64,000 bases of DNA from Eledone cirrhosa (GCA_964016885.1 OZ024755.1:16678001-16742000), one strand, 5' to 3'; counted from the stretch's first letter, positions 1-15,747 are shown. Made by a program: numbers and translations. Notes: generated by a model not told the origin, from the sequence alone.

Positions 1-489
1 AACTCCTGAAATGAAAACGTTTTTTTTTTTTTTTTTGTACTGTTAAGTCTAGCTAAACTGCTAGAATCAGAATCAATTGGGAAGATTTTGAGCTGTGGAT
101 AGTGCCAAAGGGAAGTATATATATTATATCAAGTAACAATACACTCTCATCTGCCTTCTGTAGAACCTGTAGTTTTGGAGAATCTGATGATTCCAAATAT
201 ATTCAGCATATTAACTGCCATATACTGAATGAAGCTTTGACAGTTTCATCCCTGCTTTAATGGAGAAGAAATCAGCTTTGGTTAGATTGTTGGATTCATT
301 TCAAACCCTGAAAAATGGATTGTGCCACACACACCATAAATTTCATTTCTACAAATCTTATACAAATAAATCAAATAATCACTTAATCTAATATCTCTTT
401 TGATGAAAGAACACAATTCTAAGAAAGCATTTGTTAATAAATTACACATAAATCTCATACACTGCTCATTTATGCCTTGTCTCTAGTAA

Positions 490-1130
490 TTTCAATAAGT
501 TAAACAAAGGTTCATCTATTGATTGATGTTAAGTGTTAAAGCCTAATCCAGTAAAGCAAGCTAAATGACAGCTCACCATTGATGTTTGTGTTAGCATATT
601 GTCCTAGTAAGTTCAATAAGCTAAATGGCAGCTCAACTACTGATGCTAGTGTGAGTAACTTAATCTACTAAGTTCAACAATCTAAATGAAGGCTCATCTA
701 TTGAACTAATGTTAGCAGCCTAGTTTAATAAAATTCAACAATCTAAATGGTTCAATTATTGATACTATTGTTATGAGCCTAGTTTAGTTACATTTGATAA
801 GCTAAATGATGGCTCATCCATTGATACTAGTGTGAAAGGTCTAGTGAACTAAGTTCAACAATCTAAATGATGTCTCATCTGTTGATACTAGTGTTAGCAG
901 CCTAGTTTAGAAAGTTCAACAATCTAAATGATGGCTCAACTACTGATATTACTGCTAGTAGCCTAGTCTAATTAGTTCAACTATCTAAATGAAGGCTCAT
1001 CTACTGATACTTAGCAGCTTAGTTCAGTAAAGTTCAACAAGCTAAACGACAATGTATTTATTGATACAAGTAAAGTAAGACTAATGTAGTAAGACTAGTG
1101 TAGTCATTTCAAACAATCTAAATGAAAGCT
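490..1130. repeat. Degenerate ~60-bp minisatellite (~10 units)
   Basis: Unit approximately AAGTTCAACAATCTAAATGATGGCTCATCTATTGATACTAGTGTTAGCAGCCTAGT. Confidence 0.8.
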
Positions 1131-2167
1131 CAATTTGGGGACCTATAGATAGTTAGTGTTAATATGCCTTGCATTGATATATCAGTTTAGATTTCAACAT
1201 TTCTTTTAGTAAAAACTACTGGTTATGAAAACGTGTAATTGCTGGCTGAAGAAAAAGAAAAGAAAACGAATTTTGGAGGATTGATAAATTATCAAATTTA
1301 AATTATATTTGAAATTGAAATCTTAGATCTAATGATAAAACATTTTTTATCCAGAATAAAAGCTTCCAAACTCATGGATTCCTTTTTATAGGTACGTTGA
1401 AGTGAAGAATTTCTCAGTCAATAAAATTGTTGATTGAAGAAGACCACTACATCAAATCTGATTTTAATTCATATCTTTTTCTTTAGTATGCATCTGTTTT
1501 CTTATTCTTACATGCTTGCTGTCACATACTTAATGCAATAGCTAATTATATACAAACACAAACACCACACACACATACATACATATATATATATCTATCT
1601 ATATGTGTGTATACATACTTATGCAAATATGTTTATAAACATATTTCTCAGTATTTATATATGCATAAATATGCAGTTACACATAAATATAAGCAAACAT
1701 ACATACATAGCTAAGTATATGCATATATATGTGCATACACATGAAAACATGTTTGTGAACATATTTGTGTGGTTTTATATGTGCGTAAATATTTAGATAC
1801 ACAACTACATACATGCATGTGTATATACATACATGCATACATACATACATACATCATACATACTACATACACAGAAGCATAGATTTATATATAAACATGC
1901 ATGATTACATACATACAAGCAGAGATATAAAAGCCTATATTTATATACACACACATTATATATATATATATATATATATTCATATATATGAACAAGCATA
2001 TAATGGTTGCGTCTGTCTGCCTGTCTATCTGCCTGCCTGATGAATGAATATATCTTGTGTTAAATAACAATACTAATGTTTCCTTATTACACCTAGTGTC
2101 AGTATTTGGGGTTGAAATAAGTGCAATATACCAAAATGATGCCAAGAGAAAGAATATGCACTTTTTA

Positions 2168-2208
<41 letters not shown>

Positions 2209-4964
2209 TATATGTATGTGTATGTATGTGTGTGTGTGTATTTTATATATGTATATATGTATATTTTTTAAAATTATATGCTTGTGTATTAATGTGAATG
2301 TTTCTGATGATATACACTTGCATGTTTTAATATGTCTGAATAAAAGAGTGTATATATATATATGCATGCATACATACATACACACACACATGTATGGTTG
2401 AATCTTTGTCTATCTTTATACATAGAAAAGTGTGACCGAGTGTAAAGAAACTAACCAGAGTAGATTATCTGCCCTTTATTATCTTCTGTCTTCACCCAGC
2501 CTACATCTTGCATCTTAACTTGTGCTCTCTTTAAACTAAAGATGAGAGCTTGCTGCATCATAACATCTGCACACCAGTGCATCTGATTTGAATCTCCCAC
2601 TTCTGTTCATCATTGCACAGGTGGAAATCCTTCTCTTTAAACTTCACATTTTTCACCTTCATAAATACTTTGTGAGTCTTTTACATGAATCTCTGTACAT
2701 TTATTGGAAAATATGCCTGACTATTTGTACAGATGCACGCGCGCGCGCACGCACACGCGCACGCACACACACACACACACACACACATTCCATGCATGCA
2801 TGCACACACACATACAGACGTATGCACACATACACACATTCCATGCATGGATTCTTCCTAAACTTCATTCATAAATGACATATGATGTGAATGTATGTTT
2901 TAGCTACTGTCATTATCTATGTCTATCCCAGATTGTGTGTGTGTGTCTATTAGTGTGTGTGTGTGTGTCAGTGTATGTGTAGTAGTATGTATGCATTGGT
3001 TATCAATATTTAATGGTAAAATAATTACACAAATATATTACACACACACAACTCAAGAATACAACAGGCCAGTTATTTAAAAACAATTCACAATAGTAAT
3101 GAAAACATCTCTATTAACTAACTTTTTGTTTGAAAATGGGAAAAAATAAAATATTAACTAATTAAATAATCGAAGAATTAGAAAGCTAATTAAATAATTG
3201 ATTTTGGATGACAAATTCAAAATTCAAACTGAAATTATGATGGGTAAAATATCTGATGGAAGCTCCAAGAATGTTTTCAAAAGATTTGACCATCGTGTGC
3301 TAACAGTATTCTATATTGTTGCCCACCAAGTGCCTTTTCTATTGCAATTCTTCAACTTTTTCCTTCATGTCTTTTGACTCACTGATCAACGGTGAAAGTA
3401 ATTCTTAGCAAAGAAATGTTCATAAAATAAGTTTACCGTTATTTAACCTTCAGAACGCTCTAGGCGCCTTATGTTGCCAACAGAGTAATCTACTCTTAAT
3501 ACATAATGGGAAGCGATTCATAAAAAAATTCAGCATGCTAAAGGTTAAAATAATGATATATCATTTACTAGTACCAGTTAAATACTGGGACAGGGGAGGA
3601 GGGGATAATAGAATCGGAGTTACTGTTTCTATCCCCCCCCCCCTTCTCTTCACCCACCTCCTCACCTCAAATTCCTGGCCTTGATCCTATGTTAAGAACT
3701 ACTACTACTACTACTAAAATCATCACCAATGCTGTTGCTGCTGCTGCTACTACTACTACTACTAATAATAATAATAATGATAATGATATCACCTCTGCTG
3801 CTGCTGTTGCCACTGCTGTTACTGTTGTTGTTATCAAGTATCAAGATTATAATTATCATCATTTAGTTTACCAGTTACTGTCTTCTGATATTTGTCCAAG
3901 AAGAAATTGGAAGATAAATCCATTTAAAACGATTTTTTTTTTTAGGTTTTAATTGCTCCAGCTGGGTCGTGTTGTGTCTACAACACATTGATGAATTGGC
4001 TTAGGAGGTCATGCCTAGCAAACTGGAAGATTAATTACTCCAGCTGAGCCATGTCTAATCACATTGAATCAACTAATTGCTCTAACTGGGTCGTGTTTCA
4101 CTAGATCACTACATAAAATATATAAATACACATATAGTTATATAGACAGATACAAATTCTTTTTCGTCTGTTTTTTTTCCTACATTTACCGAGAAATGAA
4201 CATGAATTGTTGTGCCAAATATATATGCGCGTGTGTATACGTGTGTGTGTGTGTATATATATATAATCATATTTGAAAGAATGTCCCACGCAGCTAAGAT
4301 GTTAATTAATTTAAAAAAAGGTGGGCGAAGACTAAAGAAAAACAGACGAAACACAGGACAGTCATACACATAGATACATGTGAGTGTGTGTGTGTATATA
4401 AATATATATATATAAACACATAAGCCCTATAGTCAATCTTAAACACTTTAAAAGATTTAAGCTTTACCATAGGGCTTAGATGTTTTTCAATAATATCTAC
4501 AGGAGTTTAGAATCTACACTACTTCCTCTAACCATTTTCATACCAAACTGTCTGAAACCGTCCCCTGTTCTATGATACAAAACTGTTTATTCTAAAGTGT
4601 TTATATTTATCTAGAATCCTTCCATTATAATTTTATGGAAGAATCTTTGTTATGTTTCCAACACCAGCTTAATAATAATAAGGTTGACTATATCGCTAAA
4701 TTCATCTAAATTCAAAGTTATTTGAAAATTATTGGCTGTTGTTCATTAGAAATATGGTAATGAAAGGTTTAAAGTTGAAGAATAGCATTACTAGTCTCAA
4801 TTAGTAACATCTTATATATATATATACTTTGATAGGTTTCAGCCAGTATTGGCCCAGGCCATGTCTAGCTTAATAGTACCACCTGGCATATATATATATA
4901 TATAATATATATATAACAAATTAAGATGACAGATAAAAGTTCATTTAATTCTTTATAATTGTTT

Positions 4965-5014
<50 letters not shown>

Positions 5015-5842
5015 GTGAGTGTGTATGTATGTATATATATATAGATGTGTGTGTGTGTATGTATATACAATGAAAAGCCATGCGGTTGTCTGGTATACAG
5101 CAGATAGGTTGTTCAATACCAGGAGGCTGTTCCATAAGTTTTTTTGCTATGTTTTTCAGATAAATATGTATTATTTAAGATTAAGTTGTCATTAAAGAAT
5201 TCCTTAAATAATACATGATATATATATAATCAAGAAGAGACGGGCTGTGCTCATGACCCTTTTCAGGACCTTTGCAACTGGTGAGGGAGGGGGATAAAGG
5301 TATTATAGTCAAACCAAAGGCTAGAGTCAGCATCTCACTTACATACAATCTTGTGCTCTACTAAATGCATTTTATCATGACACCAGCACTAGAGCGGTTG
5401 TCATGTTTTTGACACGACTGAAGGGGATCCCCTTTCTAGTACCAACCATTTTACAGAGTGTACTGGGTGCATTTATTGTGTAGATCATCTACACTAGGGA
5501 GATGGTCAGGTTTTGGACACAACGGATGGGTCCTCCCAACCCTTTGTTAGACAAGCTTTCTACAGCTGGATGTCTTTCGTATTACCAACCACTTTACAAC
5601 ATGTACTGCAACAATAACTGTATGACTATATGGTTAAAACGTTTGTTTTGTAACCACATGGATTCAGGTTCCATCCCATTGCCTGGCACCTTGTCTTCTA
5701 GTGACCTCAAGGTGACTAATACCATGTGAGTGGAATTTGGTTGATGGAAACCGTGAGGGGGAAGGCTATCATGTGTGTGTATATATATGCATTTACATTC
5801 ACACACACATATACTAAGAAGTATATATATACATATATATAT

Positions 5843-6048
5843 ATAGGAACGAGTAGGACCCCGACGGCTGAGCTCAAGCCGTTTCGACGGCTAATTCTGG
5901 ACTAAATTTTTAGTCCAGAATTAGCCGTTGAAACGGCTTGAGCTCAGCCGTCGGGGTCCTACACGTTCCTATTACCCACTCTACTAACCTAAGTATTGAG
6001 TACTTTGGTGCGTTATGGTCCATCTGGTTGCTTACCACATTTCCTTCG

Positions 6049-6050
<2 letters not shown>
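5843..6050 (+). mobile_element. Hairpin-capped Penelope-like terminal repeat in (TA)n
   Basis: ~130-bp near-perfect palindrome (5843-5972) plus a tail (TATTACCCACTCTACT..AGTATTGAGTACT..). Homologous copies at 34974-35173 and ~60100-60237. The Penelope assignment is inference. Confidence 0.55.
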
Positions 6051-6084
<34 letters not shown>

Positions 6085-6200
6085 CTACATACATATATAT
6101 ATATACATATCTACATACATATATATATCTATATACACATTGATGCAGTGTTAGTTACCCACTCTATATTTATACAAATATAATTATATATATGTGTGTG

Positions 6201-6231
<31 letters not shown>

Positions 6232-6554
6232 TTCAGTTTTCTGTAGAGGTCATCATATCGCTGAAATATGAAAATATGGGTTGGATTCCAACTGTACAAA
6301 AACTGCCTCAAAAAGTTTCATCCAACCCATGCTAGCATTGAAAAGCAGACGTAAAAACGATGATGATGATGATGATTGTTTGAGGAAAGAAACTAACCCC
6401 CACCACACCTGTTCGGAAACATCTTGAAAGAAGTTGCTAGTGAAGAGTTTAATTCTAACACCTTGCTATTTGTTTTTGTTCCTTTACATTCTAAGTTCAA
6501 ATCCCAACTTTGCCTTTCATCCTTCTGGAGTTACCTTAATCAACTAAGCCTTCT

Positions 6555-7150
6555 TCCTCTGCTTCTTCTTTGCCCACTTATTCCTGAGAGGGTCGTGGGG
6601 GCAGATTCCTTAAGCACTGCTTCCAGCAGATCCTGTCAGAAGCAACCGTCTCCAAGCTCTGGCTGGCTCCCCAAGCATGACCAACCAAGCTCATGGATGT
6701 TATTCAACACTCTTGCTCAGGGTCTACCCCTGGGTCTCTTGCCGGTTGGTTTTGCCTGTAAAATCTGTCCAGTTATTCTTTCCTGAGACACTCTAACCAC
6801 ATGCCTTTAGTATTGGAGCTGTGATCACTCAATTCGAAAAAGTAGCGGCTCTACCTGGAGTGACTCTCTGATCTCCGAGCTACGCACTCTATCGAGTACT
6901 TTTACTCCAAAAACTCTTCGGAGGAATCCCATTTCGGCTGCTTGTAATTGTGATCATATTCTTTCAGTCATTACCCAAGATTCATGACCATAGGTAAGGG
7001 TTGGTACGAAAACTCAATTGATGATAGTAAGTTTGGCTTTTATGCCTACCTCCTTTATTCTGATTACTGAATGCTGAAGCTGGTGCATTACTGCACCAGC
7101 ATTTGCAATTCTTGCACTTAATTCAGCCCCCTGCCTTCCATCTGGTGTAT
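6555..7150 (-). mobile_element. RTE-type LINE 3' fragment
   Basis: Minus strand encodes a degenerate RT C-terminus (..LTYGHESW..). Related copies at ~25520-25790, 32500-32650, 50540-50760 and 58300-58680. Confidence 0.65.
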
Positions 7151-8395
7151 ATATTAGAAATGATTAATATTATTATTGGCAGAATCGGTAGAACGTCGAA
7201 CAACATTTTTTGTGGTATTTAGTAACAGCCGTTTTAGTTCTGAGTTCAAATCCCTCCAAAGTTAACTTTGCCTTTCATCTTTTCCTGGTCAATAAAATAA
7301 AGTACCAGTCAAGTACTGGGGTAGATATAATCAACTTTCCCCCTACTCCAATGTGTTAGACATGCTTTGCAGCAAACAGTTACAGTTCTGAGTTCAATAT
7401 AACTCATTTAACACATTATTATAAAATTATAATGGCTATATAGATATAAACAGTTTAAAAGAAACAGCTTTGTATTGTAGAACCAGGGGTGGTTTGGCAA
7501 CAAACTGATTAACTCTTTCGTTACCATATTTTTCATAAAAACCGGAACCAATGATTTTCAAATAATTTTGTAAATAGTCAAGAATTGAGAAGGATTCAGT
7601 AATATAAGTAACTTTCTCATTATTAAGCTGGTGTTTTGAACATGACTTAAAGGTTCTGTGATAAAACTATGATGGAAGGGTTTTAGATAAATATACACAC
7701 TTTATATATTGTAGAATAAAGGAGAATGTCTTTAATGTGTAGTGTGATCTATTTTTATTAGTTTCCAGACAAAGAACATGTGAACATGTGTAAATCTTTC
7801 CCTAAGAACTAGAGATTTCTTTTTCTTTTTATGAGATTATAGAGTATTCTTAATTATTTCATTAAGGCACATGGCTTAGTCTCTAAAGTGTTTGTGTCAC
7901 GATTGTAAGGTTGTGGGCTTGATCCTTAGAAGTGTATTCTGCTCTTTGAGCAAATCACTTCATTTCACATTGCTCTAGTTTACTCAGCTGAAATATATGA
8001 GTACCCCCCAGCAGCAGCAGCAGCTGAGTTTTGCCTTGAGACAGACTTGTGTCCTATTGCAGGGGGTATTTTGTACTCTCAGTTGCTTAACACCTCATAA
8101 ACTTGAGATAACTTCTGGTTTGATGAGCCTTCAGCAGGACCAGATTTAGACTATGGGGACCGGGGCCACACACACACACACACACACACACCTGTATAAG
8201 CAGGAAGAGAGAACAAGGGGCCCTGTTCAGAGAGGAGGGGGGAGCTCTGTTTGATGAGGGGTCTCAGAGTATTCACTCCCATCATCTGCTCCTATATATC
8301 TGACCCTAGCCTTGGGATGCATCTTAACTTTATTATTTTACTGAAAAATGGAGATTAATTCATGAAGTTAAATGTACATGTTAATGTAGTATCAA

Positions 8396-8434
<39 letters not shown>

Positions 8435-8516
8435 AGAGATGTCAACATGAATGGACCTGTTATTTTTCCAATTCTATCCCTCCCGTCTCCTCAATCTATT
8501 TTATTTCTCATTCTTT

Positions 8517-8551
8517 TTTCTGATGAAGGAGTAGCGTCCGAAACGTTAAGA
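8517..8551 (+). ncRNA. Minimal type I hammerhead motif (Penelope-type)
   Basis: ttt-CTGATGA-aGGAgtagcgTCC-GAAA-CG-TTA-aga, inside an element (~8434-8640) that begins at a (TA)n tract. Stem I is weak. Confidence 0.55.
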
Positions 8552-9184
8552 CCCTCTTCCTGCTATGTCAAGCATTAACCTAATATATCCCTTCCATATA
8601 CTGTACCGATTGTGTTGTTATTTTTGTTTACCTTTTACATATACATGTGTGTGTGTGTTAGCATATGTGTGTGTATGTGTTTGTGTGAATGTTTCTATAT
8701 AGATATCATTATGCAACAATGTGTTTGACCAGTGACCAATCGAATATCCTTATGCTGTGGTCAGACATGTCTACAAACAACAACACTATTTCCAACCAAG
8801 GAAGGCCAGTGGTCTGATTTCCACGACAATCAAAATTCTTCTCAGATCTGGCTTTATTGCCCATAGTAACTCTTAAAGTCCCATACCACACAAAGCCGCA
8901 TTAGTAAGAGATTCTTGAAAAGTACAAAACAGCACTAGGACTGCATTATATTAAAAATCAATGCCTTTACTACAGCACTGAAGTTTTTCACAACCATCAG
9001 TCAACTAGTAAAGATACTAAACATTTGAATTAAGAAATTTGTTTCAAGACATTTTCTACTAAATCATAACAGGATGTTAAGAGTTAAATGCATATAGTGA
9101 CCATGTGTATATGACTCTAGCTAACTTTGCTTCTGCCATATTTGAACTCAGTGTTGTATGTTAATGAACCATTCCTGTGTTTAG

Positions 9185-9390
9185 TATGTGATGTGTGATC
9201 CCTGCTATAGGCACTATGTGATGTTTGGTCTATGCTATAGGCACTATGAGGTGTTTGATCCTTGCTCGGGCACTATGTGATGTTTGATTCCTGCTATAGG
9301 CACTATGTGATCTATGATCCATACTATGGTTACTATGTGGTGTGTGACCAACTCTATAGGTAGTATGTGCTTTGCGACCAACACTACATG
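9185..9390. repeat. ~30-bp minisatellite
   Basis: GGCACTATGTGATGTTTGATCCCTGCTATA-like units, about 6-7 copies. Confidence 0.75.
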
Positions 9391-9574
9391 TGGTAGCAGT
9401 CTTCATTTGATCCTGAGATCTAGTTTAAATTGTGTGGATGAAGGTCTGACAAAGCTCAGTGCCTTACTTACATAACACATCAGTGCAGTATATAGTAAGT
9501 AGATCAACATTTGTGTCAGGATATTAACACATAACAATTAAACAGAGTGACAGACATCTTATCTATTTCATTGG

Positions 9575-10017
9575 CTGACTGTTCTGTTTGACTGATCGCA
9601 AGTGAGCTGGGCATGAACTGCGACAGCGTTTGGAAGATTATCACCAAAGATTTGGACATGCTGAAGATCATTGGCTCACAATGCCCTGAACATCTGGCAG
9701 TTCCTGGCCAAGAGGAACATCACTGTACTGGAACAACCTCCTTATTCACCTGACCTTTTTCTTTTCCCCAAACTCAAGGGTGTCATCAAAGGGACTTGTT
9801 TTGAAGGTGTGAAAGCCATCAAGAGGGCCATAATGAAGGAGCTGAGGGGGATCCCAGAAAAATTCATCCAGCAGTGCATAGAAGCGTGGCAGAGAAAGAT
9901 GGAAAAGTGCATAGGACTCAAAGGAGATAACTTTAAAAGGGAAACCATGTAGTTTTTAGTTTGGAATTGAAATAAATTTTTTGTGTCATCAGCCCCATTA
10001 TTGTTCAGACAGACCTC

Positions 10018-10020
<3 letters not shown>
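9575..10020 (+). mobile_element. Internally deleted mariner (Tc1/mariner) transposon relic
   Basis: An HTH remnant (IASELGMNCDSVWKIITKDL) is joined directly to the catalytic C-terminus (PPYSPDL..FLFPKLKG..W..KCI..G). A TIR-like 3' end terminates in (TA)n. Confidence 0.85.
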
Positions 10021-10048
<28 letters not shown>

Positions 10049-10176
10049 TGTTCACATACATATATATATACATTTTTATGTGTATGTTTATATTATTGTG
10101 TCACATGAGTAAAGCAGTATTTGGACATTAAAATAATATTTAATAATGCCTAACTTATGGATCACCTCATACCGGG

Positions 10177-10587
10177 ATGTATGTATGTATGTATGTATGT
10201 ATGTATGTATGTATGTATGTATGTATGTATGTATGTATGTATGTATGTATGTATGTATGTATGTATGTATGTATGTATGTATGTATGTATGTATGTATGT
10301 ATGTATGTATGTATGTATGTATGTATGTATGTATGTATGTATGTATGTATGTATGTATGTATGTATGTATGTATGTATGTATGTATGTATGTATGTATGT
10401 ATGTATGTATGTATGTATGTATGTATGTATGTATGTATGTATGTATGTATGTATGTATGTATGTATGTATGTATGTATGTATGTATGTATGTATGTATGT
10501 ATGTATGTATGTATGTATGTATGTATGTATGTATGTATGTATGTATGTATGTATGTATGTATGTATGTATGTATGTATGTATGTATG
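10177..10587. repeat. (TATG)n microsatellite, ~100 perfect units
   Basis: Direct reading. A second array lies at 10984-11123. Confidence 0.98.
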
Positions 10588-10983
10588 AATTCTAGGAGAA
10601 GGAAAACTCTGATATAACACCTGCAACCCTGATGGTATCCAATGATGTTGACTTGTTCTTTTGGTAAATAGCATCTTGGTTAAGAGAGTGGGACTGGCTT
10701 TGTGCAGTGCCTTTGCTCACTATAAAAGCTTCACGGCACAGGCATTGCTTTATATCTGGAGATCTCTCTGCACTTGTCCTCACATGGGCCCAGCACTATG
10801 TGTCAATAATTGTCCTACCATGGGCCTAGCACTATGTGTCAATAATTGTCACAGGTGTAGTGTTTGTACCAGAGGTTTCAAGTCGCTGCTGGACTAAAAA
10901 GTCACACTCGTTCAGCGCTCGGTAGGGGTTATCCTACATGGATGTAAAGTAGTGGCCGTACTCGAAAACGAGTGGCAGCCACC
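10588..10983 (+). mobile_element. Short bipartite RTE-like retroelement between (TATG)n arrays
   Basis: The 5' part resembles an RTE 5'UTR (CTAGGAGAAGGAAAACTCTGA). The 3' part encodes a frameshifted C2H2-like motif (CSVCTRGFKS/AGLKSHTR). A terminal hairpin at 10952-10982 is followed by (TGTA)n. Confidence 0.55.
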
Positions 10984-11496
10984 ATGTATGTATGTATGTA
11001 TGTATGTATGTATGTATGTATGTATGTATGTATGTATGTATGTATGTATGTATGTATGTATGTATGTATGTATGTATGTATCTATGTATGTATCTATGTA
11101 TGTATGTATGTATGTATGTATGTATTATGCTTATATATCAAAGAAGGGAAATATACTGTTTATATATAATCAAGAAATTCATTAATGACAGCAACAGACA
11201 TATGTACATCCACATGTTACACAACCAATATATAGGCATATATAATATCTACATATGTACATATGCATTTACTTATGAATGCATATAAGCATATAATATA
11301 CACGCAGCTTAAATCATGGTTTTCAATGCACCTTACACACAGAGAGACATATGTATATACATATATATGTGGCTGTGTATGTATGTGCGTATATATATAT
11401 ATATATACATATATATCCGCTATAGTCATAGCACAGCGTCCTCTGTTTCAGCTCATTACCAAAGCTTGTCAGATATATATATATACATAGTTATAA

Positions 11497-11527
<31 letters not shown>

Positions 11528-11629
11528 CATAAATATATACACACACATAAAACTATGTAAATATATACACACACATAAAACTATGCAAATATATATATAT
11601 ATATTTATATATATATATATGTATATATT

Positions 11630-11688
<59 letters not shown>

Positions 11689-12387
11689 AAATATATACAT
11701 AAATATTTACATAGTTTTATGAATATATGTATATATAATTATATAGCTATATATAGAGGGGGGAAAAGCAAGAGAATATATTATCTCAATGAAACGAACT
11801 CCACCAACAAATTTTAATTAGCGAAATAAAAAAATTAACTGAATATGAGAATCAACGAGTGAAAGTGATAGAGGGCGAAAAGAAGGGTAAACGTGTGAAT
11901 GAAAGTTATGGAAAGAGATTCCGAAAGTTTTTTTTTTAAATACACTTTTTTCCTCTTTTCAAAAGAAAACAAGACATATATATTCACATATATATATACA
12001 TACATATACATATATATATATATAGACACACACATATATAATATATACACACATATATATATACACACACACACACACTCACATACATATAAATATATAT
12101 ATTATATATATTATATATTAAATGAATATATATTATATATATATATATATATATTAATGTAAACCCTGTCAAATTAAGAAGAGGGTAAAAGAATTATTTG
12201 ATAAAAAGATATGGGACATGCTCAAAGACATAAACACTTATTTGAACCCTTTTTTTTCTTCTGAATTGATTTTTTCAATTCAGAATTAACAAAGAAGGAT
12301 TGCTGGATTTCCTACATTTATGATATTGGTATTATTGAAAATATTATGGAAAAATAAAATAATTTTTTTTCTTAATTTGTGTAGCAA

Positions 12388-12432
<45 letters not shown>

Positions 12433-12792
12433 TATTGTTAGCTACAAAAACAAAAGAAGAAAAATAAAAAACAAGTGAAGGACATATTGGATTTTTAAAA
12501 AAATGTTTTAAATGTTACAAAATGTTTTAAGAATATATACAGAAAAAAGAAATATATATATATATATAAAAAAAAGGTATATATGAGAAAAAATAAAAAT
12601 GAGAAAATAAATGAAAAAAAGTGATATTAAATTGACTTCAACAAAACAAAAAAAAAAATTTTTAATTTGTAAAAAATGAAATTTTTTAAAAATCAAAAAT
12701 AAAAAAAATAAAACAAAATTATATATATATTGGAAGAAAATTAAGAAATACTAAGTGTAACGAACAGCACATATGTTAAGTGATTTACTCTC

Positions 12793-13093
12793 GTATATAT
12801 TGTATATACATATATATGTATATATATACATATATATGTATGTATATATGTATATACATATATATGTATATATATACATATATATGTATGTATATATGTA
12901 TATATATACATGTATGTATATATGTATATATATACATATACATATATATGTATATATATATGTATATATATACATATATATATATATGTATATATATGTA
13001 TATATATATATGTATATATATACATATATATATACATATATATGTATATATATACATATATATATATATACATATATATGTATATATATATAC

Positions 13094-13142
<49 letters not shown>

Positions 13143-13152
13143 CATATATATG

Positions 13153-13183
<31 letters not shown>

Positions 13184-14109
13184 GTATATATATACATATA
13201 TATGTATATATATATATATGTTATATATATACATATATATATGTATATATATACATATATATATATATGTATATATATACATATATATATACATATATAT
13301 ATATATGTATATATATACATATATATGTATATATATATATATGTATATATATACATATATATGTATATATAACATATATATATATGTATATATATACATA
13401 TATATATATGTTATATATACATATATATAATGTATATATATACATATATATGTATATATATACATTATATATATATGTATATATATACATATATATATAT
13501 GTATATATATACATATATATATATGTATATATATACATATATATGTATATATATACATATATAAATATGTATATTATATATATATGTATATATATACATA
13601 TATATATATGTATATATATATATATGTATATATTACATATATATATATGTATATATATACATATATATATATGTATATATATACATATATATATATATGT
13701 ATATATATACATATATATATATATGTATATATATACATATATATATATATATATGTATATATATACATATATATATATATGTATATATATACATATATAT
13801 ATATATGTATATATATACATATATATATATATGTATATATATACATATATATATATATGTATATATATACATATATATATATATGTATATATATACATAT
13901 ATACATATATATGTATATATATATACATATATACATTTATATATATATGTATATATATACATATATACATATATATGTATATATATACATATATACATAT
14001 ATATGTATATATATACATATATACATATATATGTATATATATACATATATATGTATATATATACATATATACATATATATGTATATATATACATATATAC
14101 ATATATATG

Positions 14110-14169
<60 letters not shown>

Positions 14170-14170
14170 C

Positions 14171-14222
<52 letters not shown>

Positions 14223-14505
14223 GTATACATATATATATATATATATGTATACATATATATATATATATATATATATATGTATACATATATATATATATAT
14301 ATGTATACATATATATATATATATATGTATACATATATATATATGTATATATATACATATATATATATGTATATATATACATATATATATATGTATATAT
14401 ATACATATATATATATATATATGTATACATATATATATATATATATGTATACATATATAGATATATATATGTATACATATATAGATATATATGTATATAT
14501 ATACA

Positions 14506-14540
<35 letters not shown>

Positions 14541-14982
14541 GTATATATATACATATACATATATATATGTATATATATACATATATATATATGTATATAT
14601 ACATATATATATATGTATATATATACATATATATATATGTATATATATACATATATATATATGTATATATACATATATATATATGTATATATATATACAT
14701 ATATATATATGTATATATACATATATATATACATATATATATATGTATATATACATATATATATATGTATATATATACATATACATATATATATATATGT
14801 ATATATATACATATATATATATGTATATATATACATATACATATATATATATATGTATATATATACATATATATATATGTATATATATACATATACATAT
14901 ATATATATATATGTATATATATACATATATATATATATGTATATATATACATATACATATATATATATATGTATATATATAC

Positions 14983-15016
<34 letters not shown>

Positions 15017-15716
15017 GTATATATATACATATATATATATATATGTATATATATACATATATATATATACATATATATATATATATGTATATATATACAT
15101 ATATATATATACATATATGTATATATATACATATATATATATACATATATATATATACATATATATATATATATGTATATATATACATATACATATATAT
15201 ATATGTATATATATACATATATATATATACATATATATATATACATATATATACATATATATATATACATATATACATATACACATATACACATATATAT
15301 ATATATATATACATATATATATACATATATATATATACATATATATATATACATATATACATATATATATATATACATATATACATATATATATATACAT
15401 ATATATATATATACATATATATATATACATATATACATATACATATATATATATACATATATACATATATATACATATATATACATATATATATATACAT
15501 ATATACATATACATATATACATATACATATATATATATACATATATACATATATATACATATATATATATACATATATACATATACATATACATATATAC
15601 ATATATATATATACATATATATACATATATATATATACATATATACATATACATATACATATATACATATATATATATACATATATACATATACATATAT
15701 ATATATACATATATAC

Positions 15717-15747
<31 letters not shown>

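Noticed and set aside
490-1130. Regular ~60-bp repeats as a CRISPR-like array or coding repeat
   Set aside because: Whole units are homologous (no unique spacers), unit length varies and breaks frame, the context is eukaryotic, and there are no cas genes.
53-2680. Exon-like segments (e.g. from 164; 2621-2671 with ag/gtgagt)
   Set aside because: No recognisable protein or consistent multi-exon frame. Could be UTR or lncRNA but is unsupported.
10146-11288. MYVC-repeat ORFs
   Set aside because: (TATG)n microsatellite.
12170-12790. A-rich low-complexity tract
   Set aside because: No coherent ORF or structure. Possibly low-quality consensus beside the array.
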